A stretch of DNA of 45,576 nt from Thelocarpon superellum (lineage: Eukaryota): NCBI GenBank assembly GCA_026025795.1, contig JAPEUG010000104.1:1-45576 (forward strand). Direction: 5' to 3'. This document shows positions 1 through 12,051 of this stretch, piece by piece. The position numbers were made by a program, and so were the translations under genes. Position 1 is the stretch's first letter, and each line of letters starts with the position of its first letter. The notes beneath the pieces are model-generated. The model worked only from the letters and a program-made list of their open reading frames with translations. It had not been told where the DNA came from and did no database searches.

Positions 1-1111
1 CTTGCCGTGTCGGCCAGGCCTCAAAGGTCGGTACGTCACCAGCCACGGCAGCGAAGTAGCTGTCATGGAGCCATTCTAGCACGTGGTCTTCCTGAGCCAC
101 GCCAGCCCAGCTCAGCCCCTTCTTGTCGCCAAGTCGGTACGGGCGCCGAGCGGCTTTGAGATTGTCGTCCTCCGATCGGGCGTGATATTGCTCGACAAAG
201 TCACTTCGGATGAAGAGCAGATCGCCGACGCGATATCTCCACCCTGAGCTTGAGGACGGATATCGATTCCCTGTGCTTCGCCACAATGGCACAAGTCCTC
301 ATACGAGATGGCATGATACTCCGACGGATCGTATGTGATACCTTGACCTATGCCTATCCACGGTAGTCGAGGAGGATCCCCCTGCCAGCAATCCATGACT
401 GGCCCAATACCCAATTCTGCCCTTGTTATTTGCCGTAGGGCCCACGATATCCTCATTCTGAGTCTGTGGACATCCTCAGCAGCGTGACACCCTGACAGAT
501 CCATTTCTCGTACATTGTTACGAAATGATTTGCTGGGGAGATGTGCAAACTATGCTCTCCATCAATAAGAATCCGTCCAACTGGGGGTGGTCAGCTGACG
601 TGGCGGAACCCATCCCACTGCATCCCGCTTTGCGTGTTCAAATGATATACGTCATCGAACGAGACACCTTTCGCCGCCGTCTTGATCTCGTCGAAACCCC
701 TCGCGTCCGAGAGCGGGGACCTCAGGGACATCGAGGGAAAGGCTGCATCGACGAGCCTAATCCTCCGCATAAGCCATTGCTCTTTCGCTCGTCTGATGGG
801 AGGACCTACTTCAACGGCACGAGCTCCCCCGATTGAATCCCGCGCGAGGCCTCCAAGACGCGGCTGGCGTGAGGAGATTCAGTCGACCTAGCTGGAATCT
901 GACTTAGTGTCTACATGACGCGCTGTTCAGCGCATGCATACATGGTCCTCCCGGCCCCAAAAACATGCCCTGCCGCTCAACGATTGGCCTCTCAATTTGA
1001 GTGCAATGGGTGATTTGGTGCAAGGACTCACGCGCCTGCTGGGCCACCTGGGATCTGGGGTAAGTCCTTGCGCGCCGGGAGAGAGCTCGCGCTGGTATCA
1101 AACTGAAGCAT
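1..1111 (-). pseudogene. Decayed putative cyclase / kynurenine formamidase-like metal hydrolase gene; 3' end runs off the window
   Basis: Fragments stitched across frames: ATG at 1111 MLQFDTSASSLPARKDLPQIPGGPAG; ACFWGRED; QLGRLNLLTP..IQSGELVPL; DDVYHLNTQSGMQWDGFRH; IAGRGILLDY; YDPSEYHAISYEDL..QGIDIRPQAQGGDI; VGDLLFIRS; WAGVAQEDHVLEWLHDSYFAAVAGDVPTFEAWP. These match fungal cyclase-family motifs. Frameshifts lie near 866, 394, 350 and 230, with TAG stops at 354-356 and 348-350. Confidence 0.85.
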
Positions 1112-1431
1112 AGCGCGATTGGCCGGGGAGGTCAGGATGTTTTTCACTTGATTCAGTCGCCTTACCGTAGGGGGGCCGGAGCCACGCTCATCGTCATGCG
1201 TCATGGTGGGATGAATGGCCCGACTCACTTGGGTGTGGGAAGCACAGGGGAAGAAGGGAGGAGGAATGCGGGAAGTGACGCCTCGCCCGCTACCGACATC
1301 AAACCTATCTTGGTGCTAGAGAGATGGATATCCAGATACTGGAATCCGCTTTCCCCATCCTGCCCACTACTCACCAATACAACATAACCACGTAAATATT
1401 GTCACCGTACCTGTACGGAGGGACTCGTCGC

Positions 1432-2161
1432 TTAACGCCATGGCCCTAGAGCTTTGTGACGCCGCGAAGACTGGTAAGTGGCCGTCTGCGACAAGGCTAC
1501 TCTAGCCTGGCTCTCCTGCAAGACCTTGGCCCACCATTCTTTCGAGAGCTTGCGCGAGTACGTCCCCCAGAGTGTAGGCAGGTACACGACGTCCTGGACA
1601 CTGTATATCTTGATTGCCTCGGATAGCGGGCGAGCATTGAAGACATCGTATGATCCTCCCACATTGGGATCAAAGAGTCTCGTTCCGGTTTCCTTGACGG
1701 ATTTCCATCTCTCCTTATCGCCATAGGTCAGGGCCGCATCCTCCTCGATGCATTTGGCGAGGCTATTGACAAATTTTCGGTGGAAGGGGCGTGTGGCGAG
1801 CTCTATCAGTTGCATGTCCTGCACTCCTTTCAGGTCGATCTGAAAATGGCTGAACAGCGCATCCGAGTCGTTGCGGACGTCGAACAACACATTGGGGATG
1901 GCCTCGGATTCGAGTGTATCGCGGAGTCTTTCCATGAGACCCCGGAGTGGAGAATGCTCGATTTCCGAGGACGTGAACATCGATGATGTAGACGTATCTA
2001 CCAGGGGAGACGAAAAGTTCCACGAGGGGAATGGATCCTTCACGGGAGAGCTTGATACCCCCTAGGTCGAGATAGAGCGACGCTGGGTTGGTTTGTAGGT
2101 TAATCAGTGTATCCAGAAGAGCAGCCACGGCCTCTTCTGAGTCAACTATGCTGCTCGCCAT
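1432..2161 (-). pseudogene. Frameshifted DEDDy 3'-5' exonuclease (EXD1/Egalitarian-like fungal family)
   Basis: ATG at 2161 gives MASSIVDSEEAV...SLYLDLGGIKLSREGSI...YIIDVHVLG..AF in one frame. The continuation LESEAIPNVLFDVRNDSDALFSHF..VQDMQLIELATR...YSVQDVVYLPTLW is in another frame, with the switch at ~1925. The ExoI DLEG motif reads DLGG. Confidence 0.8.
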
Positions 2162-3249
2162 TGTTGGTCGACATGAATCACGTAGGTTTTGCTCAAAACT
2201 AGGTATATCGGTCGGGGCTGCGTCTGTCGTTCGGGAGCGAACGGACAGCCAACGACTGATGAGTCTAAGGAGCGTGAGTTGAGTGCAGAAAGAATGACCC
2301 CGCTTTGGAAAATGAGGGCTAACGCGCATTTGGTCTTTGATTGGATACCATCTTGCCACGGCACAGGGATCCCCATGATCTTCTTCTGATCAGGGACTGC
2401 TTCTCTTGATAGGACACACCAGATTCCCCTGCCGGTCGAGTTGACACTGATTGTGTTTCCCAACAAGTCGAATTGTGCACCCGTACCCACTGTCTCGCAG
2501 GGTGCTCGACCTTCCATAACGAGGGAGAGTATTGTGAGTCGCTGTGAGGTGCGTGTTGCCAAGGTTGCAACATCAACTGGATCTCGGTCTTTCGAGCGAA
2601 GGCCGACTGGGCACAAGTCCAACCAAGAGCCTCCAAGCTCCTCACTACTGGCAAGAACGGTATCTGTGGTCCGCCAAATGAACGGACCGTGCGCGGGAGG
2701 AATCTGATGTACCGCTTGCACGCTCTTTGGATTTAGAGGGCTTTGGGAAGCGGCCGCATGTGTTGGCTGATCAAAGCGTCACCGTCGGCGTTACGTGGGC
2801 TACGCAGGCCAGCGCTCACAGATCATCCAAAGTGAGGGTAAGGGACGTGCCTGAAGGTGGATTGAGGCAAGAAGATATCCTGTAAATGGTCGCCTCGCGC
2901 TGTATCGTGCTCAATTGACATTACCTTCTTGTAGCTCGAGCATCACCGACTGTTTTGCGGAATGATGTAGGAGGTGCATGACAGCTAACCATTCCCACCC
3001 ACTGCACACCGGGCTGCCGTAGAACAAGCAGCACCACACGGCTGCTACACTCTCAACCTTAAAGGAGCTCTACCCTCCACATCTTCCTCGCTCGTCCGTG
3101 TCACCTCTAGCTCCGCATAGGGGACAATTCCGTCACGGTGCATGTAGGGCAGGTTGGCCACACCGACCTGATGTGCAGTGCAGCATGCTGCTGTCACCCC
3201 TCCATGGAACTGCATCCGGGCATTGACCCCACTCAACGACTTATCCATA

Positions 3250-6200
3250 ATGGAGCCGTCGTCCAGTTCAAAAGTCACGGGTGAGTCCCTTTCTAGCACT
3301 CGTAGGCACTGGGCGCGGTGTGGAGGCTGATCCTCCGTGACTGCAGTGCAATACTTTGACCCGTCCAATCTCTTCCCACTGCTCTCCCCAGGCTTATTAT
3401 CTCGTCTACCCTTACGCAATTTACACTGGAAATCTCCCTCGAGGCCCTTACGATCTATTACGCAACTCCATGTTGATCTCGTGCCCTTTGGCCACACCAT
3501 TGATCAGGCGCGTTCGGTGGCCGCCTCCTCGGACGAGCTCGTTCGAGCCCGGAGCTCCGACTCGAACAGTGGCTCGCCTGCTCCGCATCTGGCGCGCGCC
3601 TTCCGGCGGAACGAGAGCTACAGAGAACCGGTCAAAGAGCGGCGGCACCAAATCCCGGGCCTGCGGCGGACGCCCTATCTCAAGGTGTACCTCTTACGTT
3701 GTGACGACGGCGACGTATACAAAGCGTCGTCGCGGAAACTGCTACGTGAATGGATCAAAGAACATACCCTCCCCAACCAGGGCGCGGGTGGACAAAACAC
3801 CCACGAGGATCACGACGCCTTCGAGTGGCTGATTGTGCATGTTGTGCTCCCCAACACCCCGGCTGCGGCCCAAGCACGCTCCTCTGGCTCGTCCGCCGCC
3901 AACGCTGGTGCCGGCGAACGGCCAGCGAGCACGTCACGATGGACCGGTCGAGGGACATCCAGCGTGCTCGAGAAGATCAAGTCGGATTTCAACGGATCAT
4001 CCAAGACGGCGACGGATAGGGTGGCGCAGATTCGCCTGCACAAGACAGACATTCCCCCACACCTCTTCCAGGAGAGCTTCGCTGCCGGATCGGGCACCTA
4101 CGAGGATAGCCCAGAGGGCCAGCAGGAGCAAGAGGCCGCCTGGTCAGACCTTGTTGCCAAGTTCAAATCGCTGATTCTGACCTCCTTTGACCTGCGTGTC
4201 GGTCAGTATGAGGAGGACATTCGCGAGAAGGACGCGCAGCGGGCGTTGCCAGGCTGGAACTTCTGCACCTTCTTCGTGCTCAAGGAGGGCCTGGCGCGTG
4301 GTTTCGAAAGCGTGGGCCTCGTCGAGGACGCCTTGGTCGGGTATGATGAGCTGGCGGATGGTCTGGATGGCGTCGTGCGTGAGCAGGCCATACAGGACGA
4401 GCGCCAGGGTCAGGCATTCCTCCCGTATACCGAGGACTTGCAGATCCAAGCGTTGCAGGCTAAGAAAGCGGCGGAACAGGCCGCCCGAGACGCGGCCTCG
4501 TCGTCCGCGGACATACCACAAGGAGCGGACGGCGTCGCCGGACCAGACGAATGGGACGACGAGGGACCTGCCAGCCTCCCTCTCAGCGCCGGCAAAAAGC
4601 CATACCGAGACTTGATTCTTTCGAATAACATCTCCGTCTTTGACTTTCGATGTTACCTCTTCACACGACAGATGTCGTTGCTGCTTCGTCTGGGGAACGC
4701 CTGGTCGTCACGCGAAGAACTTCTGACCAAAATCAGGACGCATTTCGCTCCTGACCCAGGGCCGCGCCATGCGCATGAGCGATCTCGCTCCGTCCCGAGG
4801 CCGGGAGCTACATCTGCCGATGAGATGGAGAACCTGGAGGTGCTGGCCGAAGTCTGTGCCCGGGGCACCGACTTCGTGACCTCGGTGGCGCGTGTGATGC
4901 GGACGGAGCTGCATCGCGCGTGTGCCACGTGGGACCCGCAAGGGGCCGCCCCGGGAGAGGCACTCAAGAGAACCTCGAGCCACTCGATCGAAGAACATGG
5001 ACATATCACGCAGATCATCGACAACATGGTGGCCTGCTGGACCTTCTCGGTCACCCAACAGTTACTGGCGGAAACGGCGACCAAGGCACTGCCGATCCCA
5101 CCCTCATCTTTGTCGGACACGAGTCCTTCCAGCGCCAAGGTCATCGTGAATCAGCAAGAGCCCAAGTCGGCTATCCCTGAACCGAAGACGATGATGCACC
5201 CCGCGCGGATCAGCTCCCTACATCTTGGTCCGAACCCTCTGGGTCAGAATGTGCCACCGGGGCAGCCTAGCCCTAACATCTTTCCCTCAGGGGCGCCATC
5301 CGCCGGCGACGGGCCGCACCCGAGCGATCGTCTGGCGTCGTCGCAGCCAAACACCTTTCTGAAATCGGGCATCGAAGAGCTGGCCGCGAATCGAGCGGAG
5401 TTGTACCACCTCTCGCGGAGTGTTGTGGCGCAGCTCGGCTTCCGACGAGGATGGCTCCAGCCAAGCGTCAATTTGGCCGGCGATCATGACCCTCCCGAGC
5501 CGGCCCAGGGAGACCGTCACGACGTGTTGTACGGCCTGAGTCATCCAGTGCTGAGGGTGGCAATGAGGAAGAAGGGCGATTTCTACAGTCTTTACGAGGT
5601 ATGTCTCCATTCCTGCAGCGGACGTCGGTCCTAACGGTGCTGCGCAGATCCTCACCGATAAGGTGTTGAGGCATTACACCGTCGCTAATCGGATGAAATC
5701 AATGGAGAGCATCATGTGCGAGCTGGCTACGCTCAAGTTCAACCTGGGCGACTATGCGACGGCGGCCACATACTTCAACCGGCTCTTACCATCCTTCGTC
5801 GAGGCGAACTGGGCCAGGGTGGAGACGACGATGCTTCGGGCGTATGCGCAGTGCCTGAAGCGTCTGGACCGCGACGGCGACTACGTGCGAGTCCTGGTGG
5901 AGTTGCTTGCCCAAGCGGTCAATGGTCTCCGAGATCAGGCCCCTCGAAGTCGATCATCTGTTGACGTTGATGAACGAATGGATCGGACCCTTCAAACGAC
6001 TCGTGCCGAGGCGCATGGGCTTGCCGCGGACAGGTATTTGGCAGAGATGCTGAAGTACTCTCAAACCTTGCCCCAGCGAGTCACGGTGGCCCTGCAGCGA
6101 CTCTGCAACTCGATCCGCGTGATGACAGTGCCTCAACACTACGATGACCGGGACGGCTTCCGGCTGCAGCTGCGCCTTCGCTATCAACTCTCTCGTGAGC

Positions 6201-8453
6201 TCCAGGTGGAACGGGTGAAGATACGGGTCGTCAGCACAGCGAACGTTCTCAGCCGAGAGATTTGGCTCGAAAGCGAGGAGCCGGTGACTATGATGCCGGG
6301 TGATATGGGCATCTGGGTCGGCACCCACGTACGCTCCCGCCGTCCCTCGTGTGCAGCTATGGAGGCTGACCGTCCTTAGGTGGTCATCCCAGGAGCATAT
6401 TCAGTGGACAAAATCGTGCTGGAGGTGGGCAATCTCGATCTGGTTCATGAGCTTTCGGGTGCAAAGGCGTTCAGGATCGTCTATCATCCTCGCCCCAGCG
6501 CCTTGGATGCCACTGCGGCTCTTTCTCATCATCTCAATCTAGACACCCCAAGGTCCATTGAGATCACCATCTCGTCTGGGTGGAACCACGTGCGGAAGGG
6601 CGAGCTTCGATTGCGTTCGGCGTCGGCGGGGCTGAGGCTTCGCACGGCTGACGCCGAGGTCATCGACGGTGACGTCGTTCTCTCTAATCGAGAATGGCCC
6701 GGCGTCATTGAGTTTACCAATCTCGCGGCGGACCGTACGGCAACGATCACCGTGCCGTACGGCGTGGAGCGCGACGTGTTGGACATTGCGGTAGATGATA
6801 CCCTGCTCTCGTCCCCTGGCGAGGGCGATCGCTGACCTGCCGTAGGTTAAGATCGAGATCGCGTATACTACTGACCAGGGCGATTTCCTGTACGGGACGA
6901 ATGCGACCGTGGCGATCACGTTGCCATTGGGCGTCAACGTACAGGAGGTGTTCAAACGCAAAGCGTCAGTGCGCCTGGTGATAGTTGTCGATGCCGCTGA
7001 CGCAAGGCTAGGCTTTTCTCGCGCTTTACCATCTCCACCGCGACCTCCATCCCGCTTCGCGTGTGGGACTCGCGGCTGGATGGGCCCAACTCATGTCGCA
7101 TTGAGGCCGGCGGTTCGCAGACTCAACATGCCGTACGTCGTGCTCATCTTTTGGTGCTCTGAAGCTCAATGATGGTAGCTTGTATTCCCTCAGCAGCCAG
7201 TCTCACTGCTGTACAAGATCGAACGGACACGACGGAGCTCCTCATCACATGTGACGGAGAAGGGAGAACGATCGTTGGCGTTGCGCATCGACTACTCTTG
7301 CCTCGATGACGGTAAGCCTGGCCTCCGACGTTGATTTATCATGCTCACGAGATGTAGAGATCCGGCATGGGATGGAGAGGGCCTTTTCTGATGCGCTCGG
7401 CGACAGCCCGTACGAGCCGTTGCGTCGGCTCCTGACACCGGTGTTGTTGGCACGAGGGACGGGCGAGTTGACGCCGGAGGATATGGAGGCCATTGGCCTT
7501 TGCGGAGAGATTCATGTGCGACCCTACAACGACATTGGCTGGGCGGACGTCATCTCGCCGCTGTCGTCGTCTGAGCGGGGTGGACTCGAGGCATGGTTGC
7601 GCACGTGGCATGAGGTAGGTTGTGTGACGAGGGCACGCGGCACCGGGCCAGCGGGGGCTAATGTTGGTCCAGCGCCACTCGATCTTACCCCTCCCGTCCG
7701 CCCCGGCCTTGGGCTCACGTCGGACGATCATCATCCCCGTGGAGCTTCCGCAGGTTTCCGTGGTCCACACCGTCGACATCGAGCTGAAGCCGGTCCGAGG
7801 CGAGCAGAGCTACGTGGCCGTGGGCCAGACGCTGGCAGCGCGACTACGTATGACGCACAGCCGTGACTGGGGAGAGGGCCGTGCCAGGTCACGCGAAGAC
7901 GCCGGTGCGCTCGAATTTGTCTACGAGATTCACGCGAGTCCCGATCAGTGGCTAGTCGGTGGGCAGAAGAAGGCACACTTCACGGCGAAGGTACGTTTGG
8001 TCTGATCTCTCGGGGTCGTGCGACGCTGACCCGCGGAAGGAGGAGGACGAGCAGGTCTTTCCGTTGCTCTTGGTCCCCTTGCGGCCAGGCCACCTGCTTC
8101 TCCCCACCGTTGAGGTCCATCCCTTTACGCGCGATCACCGCCGGAACAGCAACAAAGACCCGTCGCAACCGCCCCGAGCCTCGCATCGGTCGCCCTCGTC
8201 GCTGATGGGGTCCAGCCCGGGGCTCGACGGCAGCATGCCGGATCCCTTGGCGCATCCATCACGTGGCGGGAGTAGTCCCGGGAAGATGCAATTGGCTCCC
8301 TCCATCGCGTGCGAGACGGATTGTCGGACCCTTGGCCAGTCCATCCTGGTGATCGCCAACCTCACCAGCACGACCGTCAACCTCGACCAGAAGGATCTGA
8401 GCAGCGGGGTGCGGGGAGGCACGCCAGAGCGGTCGTCGATGATTCCGAGTTGA
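3250..8453 (+). CDS. TRS130: TRAPPII complex subunit Trs130 / TMEM1-family protein (multi-exon)
   Basis: ATG at 3250, then intron 3281-3346, gives MEPSSSSKVTVQYFDPS..LPLRNLHWKSPSRPLRSI. Conserved motifs: RRHQIPGLRRTPYLKVYLLRCDD and QRALPGWNFCTFFVLKEGLARGFESVGLVEDALVGYDEL. The C-terminal TRAPPC10-like part reads WLVGGQKKAHF..LLLVPLRPGHLLLPTVEV. Further GT-AG introns at about 5599-5647, 6329-6380, 6791-6845, ~6966-7011, ~7133-7193, 7312-7357, ~7614-7672 and 7991-8039. Confidence 0.9.
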
Positions 8454-9832
8454 CTTGCTCACCTAGCGGTTCGCTCTGCCTCCCGATAGTACGAAGCACT
8501 TTCACATGGTAATTGCGGAAGCGGTGTACTGGCGGGCCGTCCCCCTGCCCTCCAGGCCCTCGTAGACCGTCCTCTGCGTACTCGTGGTAGCGCCCCGGAG
8601 ACCTCCATCGCGGCTGGCCCCCGCTCCCCCACGGCCGTCACGTGGCAGGCATCTCGTACGTCGGCGGTAAGCTCTGATACGGCTCGGTAGACCAGCGTGG
8701 CGCGCTTGTACCTGCGCACGTACCCACGTCCTATACCTGGTCCGTCTAGCCTCAACACTTCTCGTTGACGTTAGGCGAAAGTCGGAGGGCACCTGCAAGT
8801 GCCCAACGAAAGTCAAGCCGCGCTCGGCTCGACGGTCTAGTGCGAGGTCCCTGCAGCCATGCGCAACTGTCGAGCCTCTTGGATATTTTTCTCATGTCCC
8901 CAGCCGACGGGCGCCTTGAGACGCGCAGGCGAGGTGGGTCCTCCGCATCAGCTGCCACCGCAGCGTGAAAGGCATCGCACGGGGCATGGAGAAGAAGTAA
9001 TGGCATCCCCAGACCGTGACTACTCTTGCTCCGGGGTTGCTCCGGCATTCTCGATCCGCGCCGCTGCACGGCGGGTGAGCAGATTGACACGCCGACTCCC
9101 CCCGTAGCTTGTCCCATCGATGGTGATGATCCCTTGCACGGACCCTAGGGGCCCCCGCCACGCTCGTCTGCTTGACTGCTCATACTCGTAGGGGGACCGA
9201 CCGAAACATGGCTCGTCCGGCGGCATCCATGCGTCACCCAGGGGTCTGGGACTCTGGGGGGTTGGCGCTCAAGCGCGGAAATGAAGGCGACGCGGTGGAG
9301 AAGCTGGTGTCGGTGCTTCTCTGCGAGCCCTCCAGATTGCGCGCCCACGATCTCTGGGGTCTAGTCTCACACCGCCGGATCTACATGTACAATTATGAAT
9401 TAACCAGCTGCCATGACTACCAGTAGCGCGTCTTGGCTGGACCCGTGTCCCCTTCCGGCCAGTCGCCATGCACAGGCCAGCCACAAGGAACGAAGAAGGA
9501 TGACCGCTTCTCTGAGATCCTTGACCACCGTTCCCAGTGGCAAAATCAATCGCTAGCCGCCGGCCACGCACTCCACATACCTTTCCCCCCACCCCGGCAA
9601 TCCCCCTCGTCGTTCCACTTACCCGTTCTCCGTAAGTGCTGAGTGGTTGCGGGCTCTGGGTATACACTTCCCTCGAGGTATGTCCCGCGTAACATGCCTC
9701 ATAGGATCAGGGCTCCGCGGCGTATGTGACCACCCGCTCACGTCAACTGTGTTGAGATAGACTCGAAGCTCGTGCACTGGTTCGTGACTCGCCAGATCAA
9801 CATCCGTCACGCCCCATCAGCCTCTCCTCACC

Positions 9833-11405
9833 ATGGCCTCCACCATTACCCCTCGCAAGACGGCCTTGACCCGACTGGCCACGACCGAGAGCTTCACGGC
9901 GGCCTCCTCGGCGAGCTCGGTGGCCTCGTCCCCGGTCGATACGCCGGTGCAGTCCTCGTCCTCGACCTCGCTCTCGTCCCTGTCCTCGGGCGCCGAGCTG
10001 GATGATGGCAAGTCCTCGCGTCGAGTCCAATTGGTCGACAGCTACGGCAACGACTTCCAGATCCCCGATTATACCATCAAGCAGATTCGAGACGCCATCC
10101 CGGCCCACTGCTTCAACCGCTCGGCTGTTCGGGGACTGGGCTACGTGGCCCGCGATATTGCATGTCTGGCGACGACCTTCCTCCTTTTCCACCACCTGGT
10201 GACGCCGGCGAATGTTCCTTCGACGCTGACCCGCGGGGCGCTGTGGGCGGTGTACACCATCGTGCAAGGTCTCGTGGGCACGGGGCTGTGGGTGCTCGCG
10301 CACGAGTGTGGTCATCAGTCCTTCTCGCCCTCCAAGACCCTCAATGACACCGTGGGCTGGATCTGTCACTCGCTCCTGCTCGTGCCTTACTTCTCTTGGA
10401 AGATCTCGCACGGCAAGCACCACAAGGCGACGGGCAATGTCGAGCGGGACATGGTCTTCGTGCCCAAGAGCCGTGAGCGCTACTCGTCGGATCTCGGCCG
10501 ATTGAGCCACGAGCTGTCGGAACTGATGGAGGACACGCCGATTGCAACGGCGCTCCAGCTGCTGACGCAACAATTGGGCGGATGGGTGTGGTACCTTTTG
10601 ACCAATGTGACGGGCCACACTTTTCACGAGCGCCAGAGCGAGGGTCGGGGCAAAGGCAAGCGCAATGGATGGGGGGGTCGGGTCAATCACTTCGACCCGG
10701 CCAGCCCGCTGTACGAAGCCAAGGATGCGAAGCTGATCTTGCTGAGCGATCTCGGCCTGGCGATCGTGGGCGGGACGCTGTTCGCGTTGGGACAGACGTA
10801 CGGCTGGTCCAACCTGTTGGTGTGGTACTTTGTGCCCTACATGTGGGTGAATCACTGGCTAGGTGAGAGATAGGGTGACGACTTTGCTGCCTGGCGTGCA
10901 TGTACTGACCGAGGACGTAGTGGCCATCACCTACCTCCAACATACCGACCCCAGCCTGCCCCACTATGAAGCGAGCGCCTGGACGTTCACGCGTGGCGCG
11001 AGCGCGACGATCGACCGGGAGTTTGGCTTCATCGGCCGTCACATCTTCCACGGCATCATCGAGACCCACGTGCTGCACCATTTCGTGTCGACCATTCCCT
11101 TCTACCACGCCGACGAGGCGACGGAGGCGATTAAGCCGGTCATGGGCCGCCACTACCGGTCGAACGTCGAGGGCGGATCGCTTGGCTTCTTGGCGAGCAT
11201 GTGGCGTAGTGCGCGGATGTGCCAATGGGTGGAACCGGTTGAGGGCGCCGACGGCGAAGCCAAGGGCGTGCTCTTCTTCCGAAATCGCAACGGTCTTGGC
11301 CTGCCCCCTCGGAAAGTGAAGCCCATGGCGACGAGCGAGCGTCCCGCCTCGGGTCCAAAGAAGGGTCTCGTCCTGGTTGGGGATAGCGATGAAGACGAGG
11401 CATGA
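9833..11405 (+). CDS. FAD2: Oleate delta-12 fatty acid desaturase (FAD2/OdeA type), 2 exons, ~504 aa
   Basis: Three histidine boxes (HECGH, HGKHH, HVLHH), plus IPDYTIKQIRDAIPAHCF and VAITYLQHTDP. Intron 10863-10920 (GTGAGA..TACTGAC..TAG). Confidence 0.95.
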
Positions 11406-11591
11406 TCGTCGGCAAGCCACACGACCTCGCCAACTGGCCGTCGAAAGTGCACCAGAACTGGCGATTTTGGGGCCTCCACATCCTCCGTCTCGTGCCACCG
11501 ATCCAACCACGTCCTTGCCCATCACCACCCCTGTACACGCACGATGCACGGCAGTCGGCCACTCGATCCACCATCATCCCAGCATCTTTTT

Positions 11592-11623
11592 GCCGTCTGA
11601 CCGTCTGACCGTCTGACCGTCTG
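11592..11623. repeat. Short tandem repeat (CCGTCTGA) x ~4
   Basis: gccgtctgaccgtctgaccgtctgaccgtctg read directly, in the FAD2 3' region. Confidence 0.8.
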
Positions 11624-11869
11624 CTCGTTCTTGCGGCATGCCTTTGATTCGACTTGATTTTTCCATACTGATCAATCGATCGAGTTGCATGTCTTGGGAA
11701 TGTCTTGATTTCTCTCTGCGTCTCTGCGCCTCCGCATCGTCACTCTCAAGCACAGACACACACAGAGGCTTTCTCGTTTCTCTCTTCCGCCTCTTCCCGG
11801 TCAGACATCCGCCACACAATCCACGATAGACCGATACAATAGAGTAGACGTAGAGAATTCCATCACCAT

Positions 11870-11978
11870 GACCAAGACCGAGACCGAGACCGAGACCGAG
11901 GCCGAGACCTAGAAATTTAGACTTCGAAACAGACATGTTCCCCTCTCTATCCACAATCATCATCATCATCATCATCAT
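11870..11978. repeat. Microsatellites (GACCGA)n, degenerate, and (CAT)7 between convergent FAD2 and LtrA genes
   Basis: gaccaagaccgagaccgagaccgagaccgaggccgagacc at 11870-11909; atcatcatcatcatcatcatcat at ~11956-11978. Confidence 0.85.
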
Positions 11979-12051
11979 GAATGCGGCCGCCTAATGCCAC
12001 CACCGCAGTGTGTGTTCGACAATAGGCTGGCCCAAAGCAGCGGCACAGCAA

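Noticed and set aside
2146..2721. 191-aa minus-strand ORF upstream of the exonuclease relic
   Set aside because: It has a non-ATG start and no recognisable domain, so it cannot be supported as a gene.
9797..10855. 352-aa antisense ORF over FAD2, and many similar long overlapping ORFs (e.g. 10683-11549, 23711-24424, 18513-19094)
   Set aside because: These are shadow ORFs expected from high GC3 codon bias on the opposite strand, and they have no recognisable motifs.
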